A stretch of 64,000 bases of DNA from Isurus oxyrinchus (Eukaryota): assembly GCA_026770705.1 (NCBI GenBank), contig JANJGN010000163.1, positions 744,001 through 808,000 of the forward strand, read 5' to 3'. The notes below the pieces were generated by a model. That model did no database searches, was not told the DNA's origin, and worked only from the letters and a program-made list of their open reading frames with translations. A program made the position numbers and the translations under genes. How positions within the stretch are numbered: the first letter of the stretch is position 1; each line of letters opens with the position of its first letter. Positions 1-15,000 of this stretch are shown here, piece after piece.

Positions 1-3000
1 TGTCACTACTAGACACTCCATGTTTCACTACTGGACACGCCATGTGTCACTACTGGACATTCCATGTGTCACTACTGGACACTCTATGTATAATTACTGA
101 ACTCTCCGTGTGTCACTACTGAACTCGCCAATGGTCACTACTGGACACTCCATGTGTCACTACTGAACTCTCCATGTGTCACTACTGAACTCTCCATGTG
201 TCACTACTGGACACTCCATGTGTCACTACTGGACACTCCATGTGTCACTACAGAAGTCTCCACGTGTCACTACTAAACTCTCCACGTGTCACTACTGGAC
301 ACTCCATGTGTCACTACTGGACACTCCATGTGTCACTACTGAACTCTCCATGTGTCACTACTGAACTCTCCATGTGTCACTACTGGACACTCCATGTGTC
401 ACTACTGGACACTCCATGTGTCACTACAGAAGTCTCCACGTGTCACTACTGAACTCTCCATGTGTCACTACTGGACATTCCATGTGTCACTTCTGGACAC
501 TCCATGTGTCACTACTGAACTCTCCATGTGTCACTACTGAACTCTCCACGTGTCACTACTGGACACTCAACGTTTCACTAGTGGACTCTCCTCTGTCACT
601 ACTGAACTCTCCATGTGTCACTACTGAACTCTCCCTGTGTAACTACTGAACACTCCATGTGTCACTGCTGAAATCTCCATGTGTCACTTCCGGACACTCC
701 ATGTTTCACTACTGGACACTCCATGTGTGACTGCTGAACTCTCCATGTGTCACTACTGAACTCTCCATGTGTCACTATTGGACACTATATGTGTCACTAC
801 TGGACACTCCATCTGTCACTACTGAACTCTCCATTTGTCACTACTGAACTCTCCATGTGTCACTACTGGACACTCCATGTGTCACTACTGAACTCTCCAT
901 GTGTCATTAGTGAACACTCCATGTGTCACTACTGGACACTCCATGTGTCACTACTAGACACTCCATGTGTCACAACTGAACTCTCCTTGTGTCACTACTA
1001 GACACTCCATGTGTCACAACTGAACTCTCCTTGTGTCACTACTGGACACTCCATGTGTCACTACTGGACAGTCCATGTGTCACTACTGAACTCTCCATGT
1101 GTCACTACTGAACTCTCCATGTGTCACTACTGGACACTCCATGTGTCACTACTGAACTCTCCATGTGTCACTACTGGACACTCCATGTGTCACTACTGAA
1201 CTCTCCTTGTGTCACTACTCGACACACCATGTATCACTACTGAACGCTCCATGTGTCACTACTGGATACTCCATGTGTCACTACTGAACTCTCCATGTGT
1301 CACTACAGGACATTCCATGTGCCACTACTGAACTCTCCATGTGTCACTACTGGACACTCCACGTTTCACTACTAGACACTCCATGTGTCTCTACTGGACA
1401 TTCCATGAGTCACTACTGAACTCTCCATGTGTCACTACTGGACACTCCACGTGTCACTACTAGACACTCCATGTGTCTCTACTGGACATTCCATGAGTCA
1501 CTACTGAACTCTCCATGTGTCACTACTGGACACGCCATGTGTCACTACTAGACACTCCATGTGTCACTACTGGACACGCCATGTGTCACGACTGGACATT
1601 CCATGTGTCACTACTGAACTCTCCATGTGTCACTACTGAACTCTCCATGTGTCACTACTCGACACTACATGTGTCACTACTGAACTCTCCATGTATTGCT
1701 ACTGAACTCTCCATGTGTCACTACTGAACTCCCCATGTGTCACTAATGAACTCTCCATGTGTTACTACTGGACACCCCATGTGTCACTACTGAACTCTCC
1801 ATGTGTCACTACTGAACTCTCCACGTGTCACTACTGGACACTCCACGTTTCACTACTGGACTCTCCTCTGTCACTACTGAACTCTCCATGTGTCACTACT
1901 GAACTCTCCCTGTGTAACTACTGAACACTCCATGTGTCACTGCTGAAATCTCCATGTGTCACTTCCGGACACTCCATGTGTCACTACTGGACACTCCATG
2001 TGTGACTGCTGAACTCTCCATGTGTCACTACTGAACTCTCCATGTGTCACTATTGGACACTATATGTGTCACTACTGGACACTCCATCTGTCACTACTGA
2101 ACTCTCCATTTGTCACTACTGAACTCTCCATGTGTCACTACTGGACACTCCATGTGTCACTACTGAACTCTCCATGTGTCATTACTGAACACTCCTTGTG
2201 TCACTACTAGACACTCCATGTGTCACAACTGAACTCTCCTTGTGTCACTACTAGACACTCCATGTGTGACAACTGAACTCTCCTTGTGTCACTACTGGAC
2301 ACTCCATGTGTCACTACTGGACAGTCCATGTGTCACTACTGAACTCTCCATGTGTCACTACTGAACTCTCCATGTGTCACTACTGGACACTCCATGTGTC
2401 ACTACTGAACTCTCCATGTGTCACTACTGGACACTCCATGTGTCACTACTGAACTCTCCTTGTGTCACTACTCGACACTCCATGTATCACTACTGAACGC
2501 TCCATGTGTCACTACTGGACACTCCATGTGTCACTACTGAACTCTCCATGTGTCACTACAGGACATTCCATGTGCCAATACTGAACTCTCCATGTGTCAC
2601 TACTGGACACTCCACGTGTCACTACTAGACACTCCATGTGTCTCTACTGGACATTCCATGAGTCACTACTGAACTCTCCATGTGTCACTACTGGACACTC
2701 CACGTGTCACTACTAGACACTCCATGTGTCTCTACTGGACATTCCATGAGTCACTACTGAACTCTCCATGTGTCACTACTGGACACTCCATGTGTCACTA
2801 CTAGACACTCCATGTGTCACTACTGGACACGCCATGTGTCACGACTGGACATTCCATGTGTCACTACTGAACTCTCCATGTGTCACTACTGAACTCTCCA
2901 TGTGTCACTACTCGACACTACATGTGTCACTACTGAACTCTCCATGTATTGCTACTGAACTCTCCATGTGTCACTACTGAACTCCCCATGTGTCACTACT

Positions 3001-6000
3001 GAACTCTCCATGTGTTACTACTGGACAGCCATGTGTCACTACTGAACTCTCCATGTGTCACTACTGTACTCTCCATGAGTCACTACTGGACACTCCATGT
3101 GTCACTACTGAACTCTCCATGTGTCACTACTGGACACTCCATGTGTTACTACTGGACACTCCATGTGTCCTACAGGACACTCCATGTGTCACTACTGAAC
3201 TCTCCATGTGTCACTACTGGACACTCCATGTGTCAGTGCTCGAAACTCCATGTGTCACTACTGAACTCTCCATGTGTCACTGCTGAACTCTCCATGTGTC
3301 ACTACTGAACTCTCCATGTGTCACTATTGGACACTATATGTGTCACTACTGGACACTCCATCTGTCACTACTGAACTCTCCATGTGTCACTACTGAACTC
3401 TACATGTGTCACTACTGGACACTCCATGTGTCACTACTGAACTCTCCATGTGTCATTACTGAACACTCCATGTGTCACTACTGGACACTCCATGTGTCAC
3501 AACTGAACTCTCCTTGTGTCACTACTAGACACACCTTGTGTCACAATTGAACCCTCCTTTTGTCACTACTGGACACTCCATGTGTCACTACTGAACTCTT
3601 CATGTGTCACTACTGGACACTCCATGTGTCACTACTGAACTCTCCATGTGTCACTACTGAACTCTCCATGTGTCACTACTGGACACTCTATGGGTCAGTA
3701 CTGGACATGACATGTGTCACTACTGGACATTCCATGTGTCACTACTGGACACTCTATGTATCATTACTGAACTCTCCGTGTGTCACTACTGAACTCGCCA
3801 TGTGTCACTGCTGGACACTCCATGTGTCACTACTGAACTCTCCATGTGTCACTACTGAACTCTCCATGTGTCACTACTGGACACTCCATGTGTCACTACT
3901 GGACACTCCATGTGTCACTACAGAAGTCTCCACGTGTCACTACTGAACTCTCCACGTGTCACTACTGGACACTCCATGTGTCACTACTGGACACTCCATG
4001 TGTCACTACTGAACTCTCCATGTGTCACTACTGAACTCTCCATGTGTCACTACTGGACACTCCATGTGTCACTACTGGACACTCCATGTGTCACTACAGA
4101 AGTCTCCACGTGTCACTACTGAACTCTCCATGTGTCACTACTGGACACTCCATGTGTCACTTCTGGACACTCCATGTGTCACTACTGAACTCTCCATGTG
4201 TCACTACTGAACTCTCCACGTGTCACTACTGGACACTCCACGTTTCACTACTGGACTCTCCTCTGTCACTACTGAACTCTCCATGTGTCACTACTGAACT
4301 CTCCCTGTGTAACTACTGAACACTCCATGTGTCACTGCTGAAATCTCCATGTGTCACTTCCGGACACTCCATGTGTCACTACTGAACTCTCCATGTGTCA
4401 CTACTAGACACTCCATGTTTCACTACTGGACACGACATGTGTCACTACTGGACATTCCATGTGTCACTACTGGACACTCTATCTATCATTACTGAACTCT
4501 CCGTGTGTCACTACTGAACTCGCCATGTGTCACTGCTGGACACTCCATGTGTCACTACTGAACTCTCCATGTGTCACTACTGGACACTCCATGTGTCACT
4601 ACTGGACACTCCATGTGTCACTACAGAAGTCTCCACGTGTCACTACTGAACTCTCCACGTGTCACTACTGGACACTCCATGTGTCACTACTGGACACTCC
4701 ATGTGTCACTACTGAACTCTCCATGTGTCACTACTGAACTCTCCATGTGTCACTACTGGACACTCCATGTGTCACTACTGGACACTCCATGTGTCACTAC
4801 AGAAGTCTCCAAGTGTCACTACTGAACTCTCCATGTGTCACTACTGGACACTCCATGTGTCACTTCTGGACACTCCATGTGTCACTACTGAACTCTCCAT
4901 GTGTCACTACTGAACTCTCCACGTGTCACTACTGGACACTCCACGTTTCACTACTGGACTCTCCTCTGTCACTACTGAACTCTCCATGTGTCACTACTGA
5001 ACTCTCCCTGTGTAACTACTGAACACTCCATGTGTCACTGCTGAAATCTCCAAGTGTCACTTCCGGACACTCCATGTGTCACTACTGGACACTCCATGTG
5101 TGACTGCTGAACTCTCCATGTGTCACTACTGAACTCTCCATGTGTCACTATTGGACACTGTATGTGTCACTACTGGACACTCCATCTGTCACTACTGAAC
5201 TCTCCATATGTCACTACTGAACTCTCCATGTGTCACTACTGGACACTCCATGTGTCACTACTGAACTCTCCATGTGTCATTACTGAACACTCCATGTGTC
5301 ACTTCTGGACACTCCATGTGTCACTACTAGACACTCCATGTGTCACAACTGAACTCTCCTTGTGTCACTACTAGACACTCCATGTGTCACAACTGAACTC
5401 TCCTTGTGTCACTACTGGACACTCCATGTGTCACTACTGGACAGTCCATGTGTAACTACTGAACTCTCCATGTGTCACTTCTGAACTCTCCATGTGTCAC
5501 TACTGGATACTCCATGTGTCACTACTGAACTCTCCATGTGTCACTACTGGACACTCCATGTGTAACTACTGTACTCTCCTTGTGTCACTACTCGACACTC
5601 CATGTATCACTACTGAACGCTCCATGTGTCACTACTGGACACTCCATGTGTCACTACTGAACTCTCCATGTGCCACTACTGGACATTCCATGTGCCACTA
5701 CTGAACTCTCCATGTGTCACTACTGGACACTCCACGTGTCACTACTAGACACTCCATGTGTCTCTACTGGACATTCCATGAGTCACTACTGAACTCTCCA
5801 TGTGTCACTACTGGACACTCCACGTGTCACTACTAGACACTCCATGTGTCTCTACTGGAAATTCCATGAGTCACTACTGAACTCTCCATGTGTCACTACT
5901 GAACTCTCCATGTGTCACTACTGGACACTCCATGTGTCACTACTAGACACTCCATGTGTCACTACTGGACACGCCATGTGTCACGATTGGACATTCCATG

Positions 6001-9000
6001 TGTCACTACTGAACTCTCCATGTGTCACTACTGAACTCTCCATGTGTCACTACTCGACACTACATGTGTCACTACTGAACTCTCCATGTATTGCTACTGA
6101 ACTCTCCATGTGTCACTACTGAACTCCCCATGTGTCACTACTGAACTCTCCATGTGTCACTACTGGACACTCCATGTGTCACTACTGAACTCTCCATGTG
6201 TCACTACTGAACTCTCCATGAGTCACTACTGGACACTCCATGTGTCACTACTGAACTCTCCATGTGTCACTACTGGACACTCCATGTGTTACTACTGGAC
6301 ACTCCATGTGTCCTACAGGACACTCCATGTGTCACTACTGAACTCTCCATGTGTCACTACTGGACACTCCATGTGTCACTGCTCGACACTCCATGTGTCA
6401 CTACTGAACTCTCCATGTGTCACTACTGGACACTCCATGTGTCACTAATGGACTCTCCATGTGTCACTACTGGACACTCCATCTGTCACTGCTGAACTCT
6501 CCATGTGTCACTACTAAACTCTCCATGTGTCACTACTGGACACTCCATGTGTCACTACTGGACACTCCATGTGTCACTACGGGGCACTCCATGTGTCACT
6601 ACTGAACTCTCCATGTGTCACTACTAGACACTCCATGCATCACTACTGAACTCTCCTTGTGTCACTGCTGGACACTCCATGTGTCACTAATGAACTCTCC
6701 ATGTGTCACTACTGGACACTCCATGTGTCACTACTAGACCCTCCATGTTTCACTACTGGACACGCCATGTGTCACTACTGGACATTCCATGTGTCACTAC
6801 TGGACACTCTATGTATCACTACTGAACTCTCCGTGTGTCACTACTGAACTCTACATGTGTCACTACTGGACACTCCATGTGTCACTACTGAACTCTCCAT
6901 GTGTCACTACTCGACAATCCATGTATCACTACTGAACGTTCCATGTGTCACTACCGGACATTCCATCTGTCACTACTGAACTCTCCATGTGTCACTACTC
7001 GACACTCCATGTGTCACTACTGGACACTCCATGTGTCACTACTGAAATCTCCATGTGTCACTACTGAACTCTTCATGAGTCACTACTGGACACTCTATGT
7101 ATCACTACTGAACTCTCCGTGTGTCACTACTGAACTCTACATGTGTCACTACTGGACACTCCATGTGTCACTACTGAACTCTCCATGTGTCACTACTCGA
7201 CAATCCATGTATCACTACTGAACGTTCCATGTGTCACTACCGGACATTCCATGTGTCACTACTGAAATCTCCATGTGTCACTACTGGACACTCCATGTGT
7301 TACTACTGGACACTCCATGTGTCCTACTGGACACTCCATGTGTCACTACTGAACTCTCCATGTGTCACTACTGGACACTCCATGTGTCACTGCTCGACAC
7401 TCCATGTGTCACTACTGAACTCTCCATGTGTCACTACTGGACACTCCATGTGTCACTATTGGACTCTCCATGTGTCACTTCTGGACACTCCATCTGCCAC
7501 TGCTGAACTCTCCATGTGTCACTACTAAACTCTCCATGTGTCACTACTAGACACTCCATGTGTCACTACTGGACACTCCATGTGTCACTACGGGGCACTC
7601 CATGCGTCACTACTGAACACTCCATGTGTCACTACTGGACACTCCATGTGTCACTTCTGAACTCTCCAGGTGTCACTGCTCGACAATCCATGCATCACTA
7701 CTGAACGTTCCATGTGTCACTACCGGACATTCCATGTGTCAATACTGAACTCTCCATATGTCACTACAGGACGTTCCATGTGTCACTACCGGACATTCCA
7801 TGTGTCAGTACCGGACAGTCCATGTGTCACTACTGAACTATCCATTTGTCACTACTGGACACTACACGTGTCACTACTAGACACTCCACGTGTCACTACT
7901 GAACTCTCCATGTGTCAATACTGGACACTCCATGTGTCACTACCTAAGGCTCCATGTGTCACTACTGGACACTCCATGTGTCACTACTGAACTCTCCATA
8001 TGTCACTACAGGACATTCCATGTGTCACTACCGGACACTCCATGTGTCACTACCGGACAAACCATGTGTCACTACTCGACACTCCATATGTCACTACTGA
8101 TCTCTCCATGTGCCACTACTGGACACTCCATGTGTCATTACTGGACACTCCATGTGTCACTACTGGACACTCCATGTGTCACTACTGAACTCTCCATGTG
8201 TCACTACTGAACTCTCCATGTGTCACTACTGGACACTCCATGTGTCACTACTGGACACTCCATGTGTCACTACAGAAGTCTCCACGTGTCACTACTGAAC
8301 CCTCCATGTGTCACTACTGGACACTCCATGTGTCACTTCTGGACACTCCATGTGTCACTACTGAACTCTCCATGTGTCACTACTGAACTCTCCACGTGTC
8401 ACTACTGGACACTCCACGTTTCACTACTGGACTCTCCTCTGTCACTACTGAACTCTCCATGTGTCACTACTGAACTCTCCCTGTGTAACTACTGAACACT
8501 CCATGTGTCACTGCTGAAATCTCCATGTGTCACTTCCGGACACTCCATGTGTCACTACTGGACACTCCATGTGTGACTGCTGAACTCTCCATGTGTCACT
8601 ACTGAACTCTCCATGTGTCACTATTGGACACTGTATGTGTCACTACTGGACACTCCATCTGTCACTACTGAACTCTCCATATGTCACTACTGAACTCTCC
8701 ATGTGTCACTACTGGACACTCCATGTGTCACTACTGAACTCTCCATGTGTCATTACTGAACACTCCATGTGTCACTTCTGGACACTCCATGTGTCACTAC
8801 TAGACACTCCATGTGTCACAACTGAACTCTCCTTGTGTCACTACTAGACACTCCATGTGTCACAACTGAACTCTCCTTGTGTCACTACTGGACACTCCAT
8901 GTGTCACTACTGGACAGTCCATGTGTCACTACTGAACTCTCCATGTGTCACTTCTGAACTCTCCATGTGTCACTACTGGACACTCCATGTGTCACTACTG

Positions 9001-12000
9001 AACTCTCCATGTGTCACTACTGGACACTCCATGTGTAACTACTGTACTCTCCTTGTGTCACTACTCGACACTCCATGTATCACTACTGAACGCTCCATGT
9101 GTCACTACTGGACACTCCATGTGTCACTACTGAACTCTCCATGTGTCACTACTGGACATTCCATGTGCCACTACTGAACTCTCCATGTGTCACTACTGGA
9201 CACTCCACGTGTCACTACTAGACACTCCATGTGTCTCTACTGGACATTCCATGAGTCACTACTGAACTCTCCATGTGTCACTACTGGACACTCCACGTGT
9301 CACTACTAGACACTCCATGTGTCTCTACTGGACATTCCATGAGTCACTACTGAACTCTCCATGTGTCACTACTGAACTCTCCATGTGTCACTACTGGACA
9401 CTCCATGTGTCACTACTAGACACTCCATGTGTCACTACTGGACACGCCATGTGTCACGACTGGACATTCCATGTGTCACTACTGAACTCTCCATGTGTCA
9501 CTACTGAACTCTCCATGTGTCACTACTCGACACTACATGTGTCACTACTGAACTCTCCATGTATTGCTACTGAACTCTCCATGTGTCACTACTGAACTCC
9601 CCATGTGTCACTACTGAACTCTCCATGTGTCACTACTGGACACTCCATGTGTCACGACTGAACTCTCCATGTGTCACTACTGAACTCTCCATGAGTCACT
9701 ACTGGACACTCCATGTGTCACTACTGAACTCTCCATGTGTCACTACTGGACACTCCATGTGTTACTACTGGACACTCCATGTGTCCTACAGGACACTCCA
9801 TGTGTCACTACTGAACTCTCCATGTGTCACTACTGGACACTCCATGTGTCACTGCTCGACACTCCATGTGTCACTACTGAACTCTCCATGTGTCACTACT
9901 GGACACTCCATGTGTCACTAATGGACTCTCCATGTGTCACTACTGGACACTCCATCTGTCACTGCTGAACTCTCCATGTGTCACTACTAAACTCTCCATG
10001 TGTCACTACTGGACACTCCATGTGTCACTACTGGACACTCCATGTGTCACTACGGGGCACTCCATGTGTCACTACTGAACTCTCCATGTGTCACTACTAG
10101 ACACTCCATGTATCACTACTGAACTCTCCTTGTGTCACTACTGGACACTCCATGTGTCACTAATGAACTCTCCATGTGTCACTACTGGACACTCCATGTG
10201 TCACTACTAGACCCTCCATGTTTCACTACTGGACACGCCATGTGTCACTACTGGACATTCCATGTGTCACTACTGGACACTCTATGTATCACTACTGAAC
10301 TCTCCGTGTGTCACTACTGAACTCTACATGTGTCACTACTGGACACTCCATGCGTCACTACTGAACTCTCCATGTGTCACTACTCGACAATCCATGTATC
10401 ACTACTGAACGTTCCATGTGTCACTACCGGACATTCCATCTGTCACTACTGAACTCTCCATGTGTCACTACTCGACACTCCATGTGTCACTACTGGACAC
10501 TCCATGTGTCACTACTGAAATCTCCATGTGTCACTACTGAACTCTTCATGAGTCACTACTGGACACTCTATGTATCACTACTGAACTCTCCGTGTGTCAC
10601 TACTGAACTCTACATGTGTCACTACTGGACACTCCATGTGTCACTACTGAACTCTCCATGTGTCACTACTCGACAATCCATGTATCACTACTGAACGTTC
10701 CATGTGTCACTACCGGACATTCCATGTGTCACTACTGAAATCTCCATGTGTCACTACTGGACACTCCATGTGTTACTACTGGACACTCCATGTGTCCTAC
10801 TGGACACTCCATGTGTCACTACTGAACTCTCCATGTGTCACTACTGGACACTCCATGTGTCACTGCTCGACACTCCATGTGTCACTACTGAACTCTCCAT
10901 GTGTCACTACTGGACACTCCATGTGTCACTATTGGACTCTCCATGTGTCACTTCTGGACACTCCATCTGCCACTGCTGAACTCTCCATGTGTCACTACTA
11001 AACTCTCCATGTGTCACTACTAGACACTCCATGTGTCACTACTGGACACTCCATGTGTCACTACGGGGCACTCCATGCGTCACTACTGAACACTCCATGT
11101 GTCACTACTGGACACTCCATGTGTCACTTCTGAACTCTCCAGGTGTCACTGCTCGACAATCCATGCATCACTACTGAACGTTCCATGTGTCACTACCGGA
11201 CATTCCATGTGTCACTACTGAACTCTCCATGTGTCACTACTCGACACTCCATGTGTCACTACTGGACTCTCCATGTGTCACTACTGAACTCTCCATGTGT
11301 CACTAGTGGACACTCCATATGTCACTACTGGACACTCCATGTGTCACTACTGGACACTCCATGTGTCACTACTTGACACTCCATGTGTCACTACTGAACT
11401 CTCCATGTGTCACTACTGGACACTCCATGTGTCACTACTGGACACTATATGTGTCAGTAATGGACACTCCATGTGTCAATACTGAACTCTCCATATGTCA
11501 CTACAGGACGTTCCATGTGTCACTACCGGACATTCCATGTGTCAGTACCGGACAGTCCATGTGTCACTACTGAACTATCCATTTGTCACTACTGGACACT
11601 ACACGTGTCACTACTAGACACTCCACGTGTCACTACTGAACTCTCCATGTGTCAATACTGGACACTCCATGTGTCACTACCTAAGGCTCCATGTGTCACT
11701 ACTGGACACTCCATGTGTCACTACTGAACTCTCCATATGTCACTACAGGACATTCCATGTGTCACTACCGGACACTCCATGTGTCACTACCGGACAAACC
11801 ATGTGTCACTACTCGACACTCCATATGTCACTACTGATCTCTCCATGTGCCACTACTGGACACTCCATGTGTCATTACTGGACACTCCATATGTCACTAC
11901 TGGACACTCCATGTGTCACTACTGATCTCTCCATGTGTCACTACTGAACTCTCCATGTGTCACTACTGGACATTCCATGTGCCACTACTGAACTCTCCAT

Positions 12001-15000
12001 GTGTCACTACTGGACACTCCATGTGTCTCTACTGGACATTCCATGTGTCACTACTAGACACTCCATGTGTCACTACTGGACACGCCATGTGTCACTACTG
12101 GACACTCCATGTGTCACTACTGAACTCTTCATGAGTCACTAATGGACACTCCATGTGTCACTACTGAACTCTCCATGTGTCACTACTGAACTCTCCATGT
12201 GTCACTAGTGGACACTCAATATGTCACTACTGGACTCTCCATGTGCCACTACTGGACACTCCATGTGTCAATACTCGACAGTCCATGTGTCACTACTGAA
12301 CTCTCCATGTGTCACTACTGGAGACTCCATGTGTCACTACTGGACACTATATGTGTCACTACTGGACACTCCATGTGTCAATACTGAACTCTACATATGT
12401 CACTACAGGACGTTCCATGTGTCACTACCGGACACTCCATGTGTCAGTACCGGACAGTCCATGTGTCACTACTGAACTCTCCATTTGTCACTACTGGACA
12501 CTACACGTGTCACTACTAGACACTCCACGTGTCACTACTGAACTCTCCATGTGTCAATACTGGACACTCCATGTGTCACTACCTAAGTCTCCATGTGTCA
12601 CTACTGGACACTCCATGTGTCACTACTGAACTCTACATATGTCACTACAGGACATTCCATGTGTCACTACCGGACACTCCATGTGTCACTACCGGACAAA
12701 CCATGTGTCACTACACGACACTCCATATGTCACTACTGATCTCTCCATGTGCCAGTACTGGACACTCCATGTGTCATTATTGGACACTCCATATGTCACT
12801 ACTGGACACTCCATGTGTCACTACTGATCTCTCCATGTGTCACTACTGAACTCTCCATGTGTCACTACTGGACATTCCATGTGCCACTACTGAACTCTCC
12901 ATGTGTCACTACTGGACACTCCATGTGTCTCTACTGGACATTACATGTGTCACTACTAGACACTCCATGTGTCACTACTGGACACGCCATGTGTCACTAC
13001 TGGACATTCCATGTGTCACTACTGGACTCTCCATGTGTCACTACTGAACTCTCCATGTGACACTACTGAACTCTCCACGTGTCACTACTGGACACTCCAC
13101 GTTTCACTACTGGACTCTCCTCTGTCACTACTGAACTCTCCATGTGTCACTACTGAACTCTCCATGTGTAACTACTGAACACTCCATGTGTCACTACTGA
13201 AATCTCCATGTGTCACTTCCGGACACTCCATGTGTCACTACTGGACAGTCCATGTGTCACTCCTGAACACTCCATGTGTCACTACTGAACTCTCAATGTG
13301 TCACTACTGAACTCGCCATGTGTCACTACTGGACACTCCATCTGTCACTACTGAACTCTCCATGTGTCACTACAGAACTCACCATGTGTCACTACTGGAC
13401 ACTCCATGTGTCACTACTGAACTCTACATGTGTCATTACTGAACACTCCATGTGTCACTACTGGACACTCCATGTGTCACAACTGAACTCTCCTTGTGTC
13501 ACTACTAGACACACCATGTGTCACAATTGAACTCTCCTTGTGTCACTACTGGACACTCCATGTGTCACTACTGAACTCTTAATGTGTCACTACTGGACAC
13601 TCCATGTGTCACTACTGAACTCTCCATGTGTCACTACTGAACTCTCCATGTGTCACTACTGGACACTCCATGGGTCACTACTGGACACTCCATGTGTCAC
13701 CACTAGACACTCCATGTTTCACTTCTGGACACGCCATGCGTCAATACTGGACATTCCATGTGTCACTACTGGACACTCTATGTATCATTACTGAACTCTC
13801 CGTGTGTCACTACTGAACTCGCCATGTGTCACTACTGGACACTCCATGTGTCACTACTGAACTCTCCATGTGTCACTAATGAACTCTCCATGTGTCACTA
13901 CTGGACACTCCATGTGTCACTACTGGACACTCCATGTGTCACTACAGAAGTCTCCACGTGTCACTACTGAACTCTCCACGTGTCACTACTGGACACTCCA
14001 TGTGTCACTACTGGACACTCCATGTGTCACTACTGAACTCTCCATGTGTCACTACTGAACTCTCCATGTGTCACTACTGGACACTCCATGTTTCACTACT
14101 GGACACTCCATGTGTCACTACAGAAGTCTCCACGTGTCACTACTGAACTCTCCATGTGTCACTACTGGACACTCCATGTGTCACTTCAAGACACTCCATG
14201 TGTCACTACTGAACTCTCCATGTGTCACTACTGAACTCTCCACGTGTCACTACTGGACACTCCACGTTTCACTACTGGACTCTCCTCTGCCACTACTGAA
14301 CTCTCCATATGTAACTACTGAACTCTCCATGTGTCACTACTGGACACTCCATGTGTCACTACTGAACTCTCCATGTGTCATTACTGAACACTCCATGTGT
14401 CACGACTGGACACTCCATGTGTCACTACTAGACACTCCATGTGTCACAACTGAACTCTCCTTGTGTCACTACTAGACACTCCATGTGTCACAACTGAACT
14501 CTCCATGTGTCACTACTGGACACTCCATGTCTCACTACTGGACACTCCATGTGTCACTACTAGACCCTCCATGTTTCACTACTGGACACGCCATGTGTCA
14601 CTACTGGACATTCCATGTGTCACTACTGGACACTCAATGTATCACTACTGAACTCTCCATGTGTCACTACTGAACTGGCCATGTGTCTCTACTGGACATT
14701 CCATGAGTCACTACTGAACTCTCCATGTGTCACTACTGGACACTCCACGTGTCACTACTAGACACTCCATGTGTCTCTACTGGACATTCCATGAGTCACT
14801 ACTGAACTCTCCATGTGTCACAACTGAACTCTCCATGTGTCACTACTGGAAACTCCATGTGTCACTACTAGACACTCCATGTGTCACTACTGGACACGCC
14901 ATGTGTCACGACTGGACATTCCATGTGTCACTACGGAACTCTCCATGTGTCACTACTGAACTCTCCATGTGTCACTACTCGACACTACATGTGTCACTAC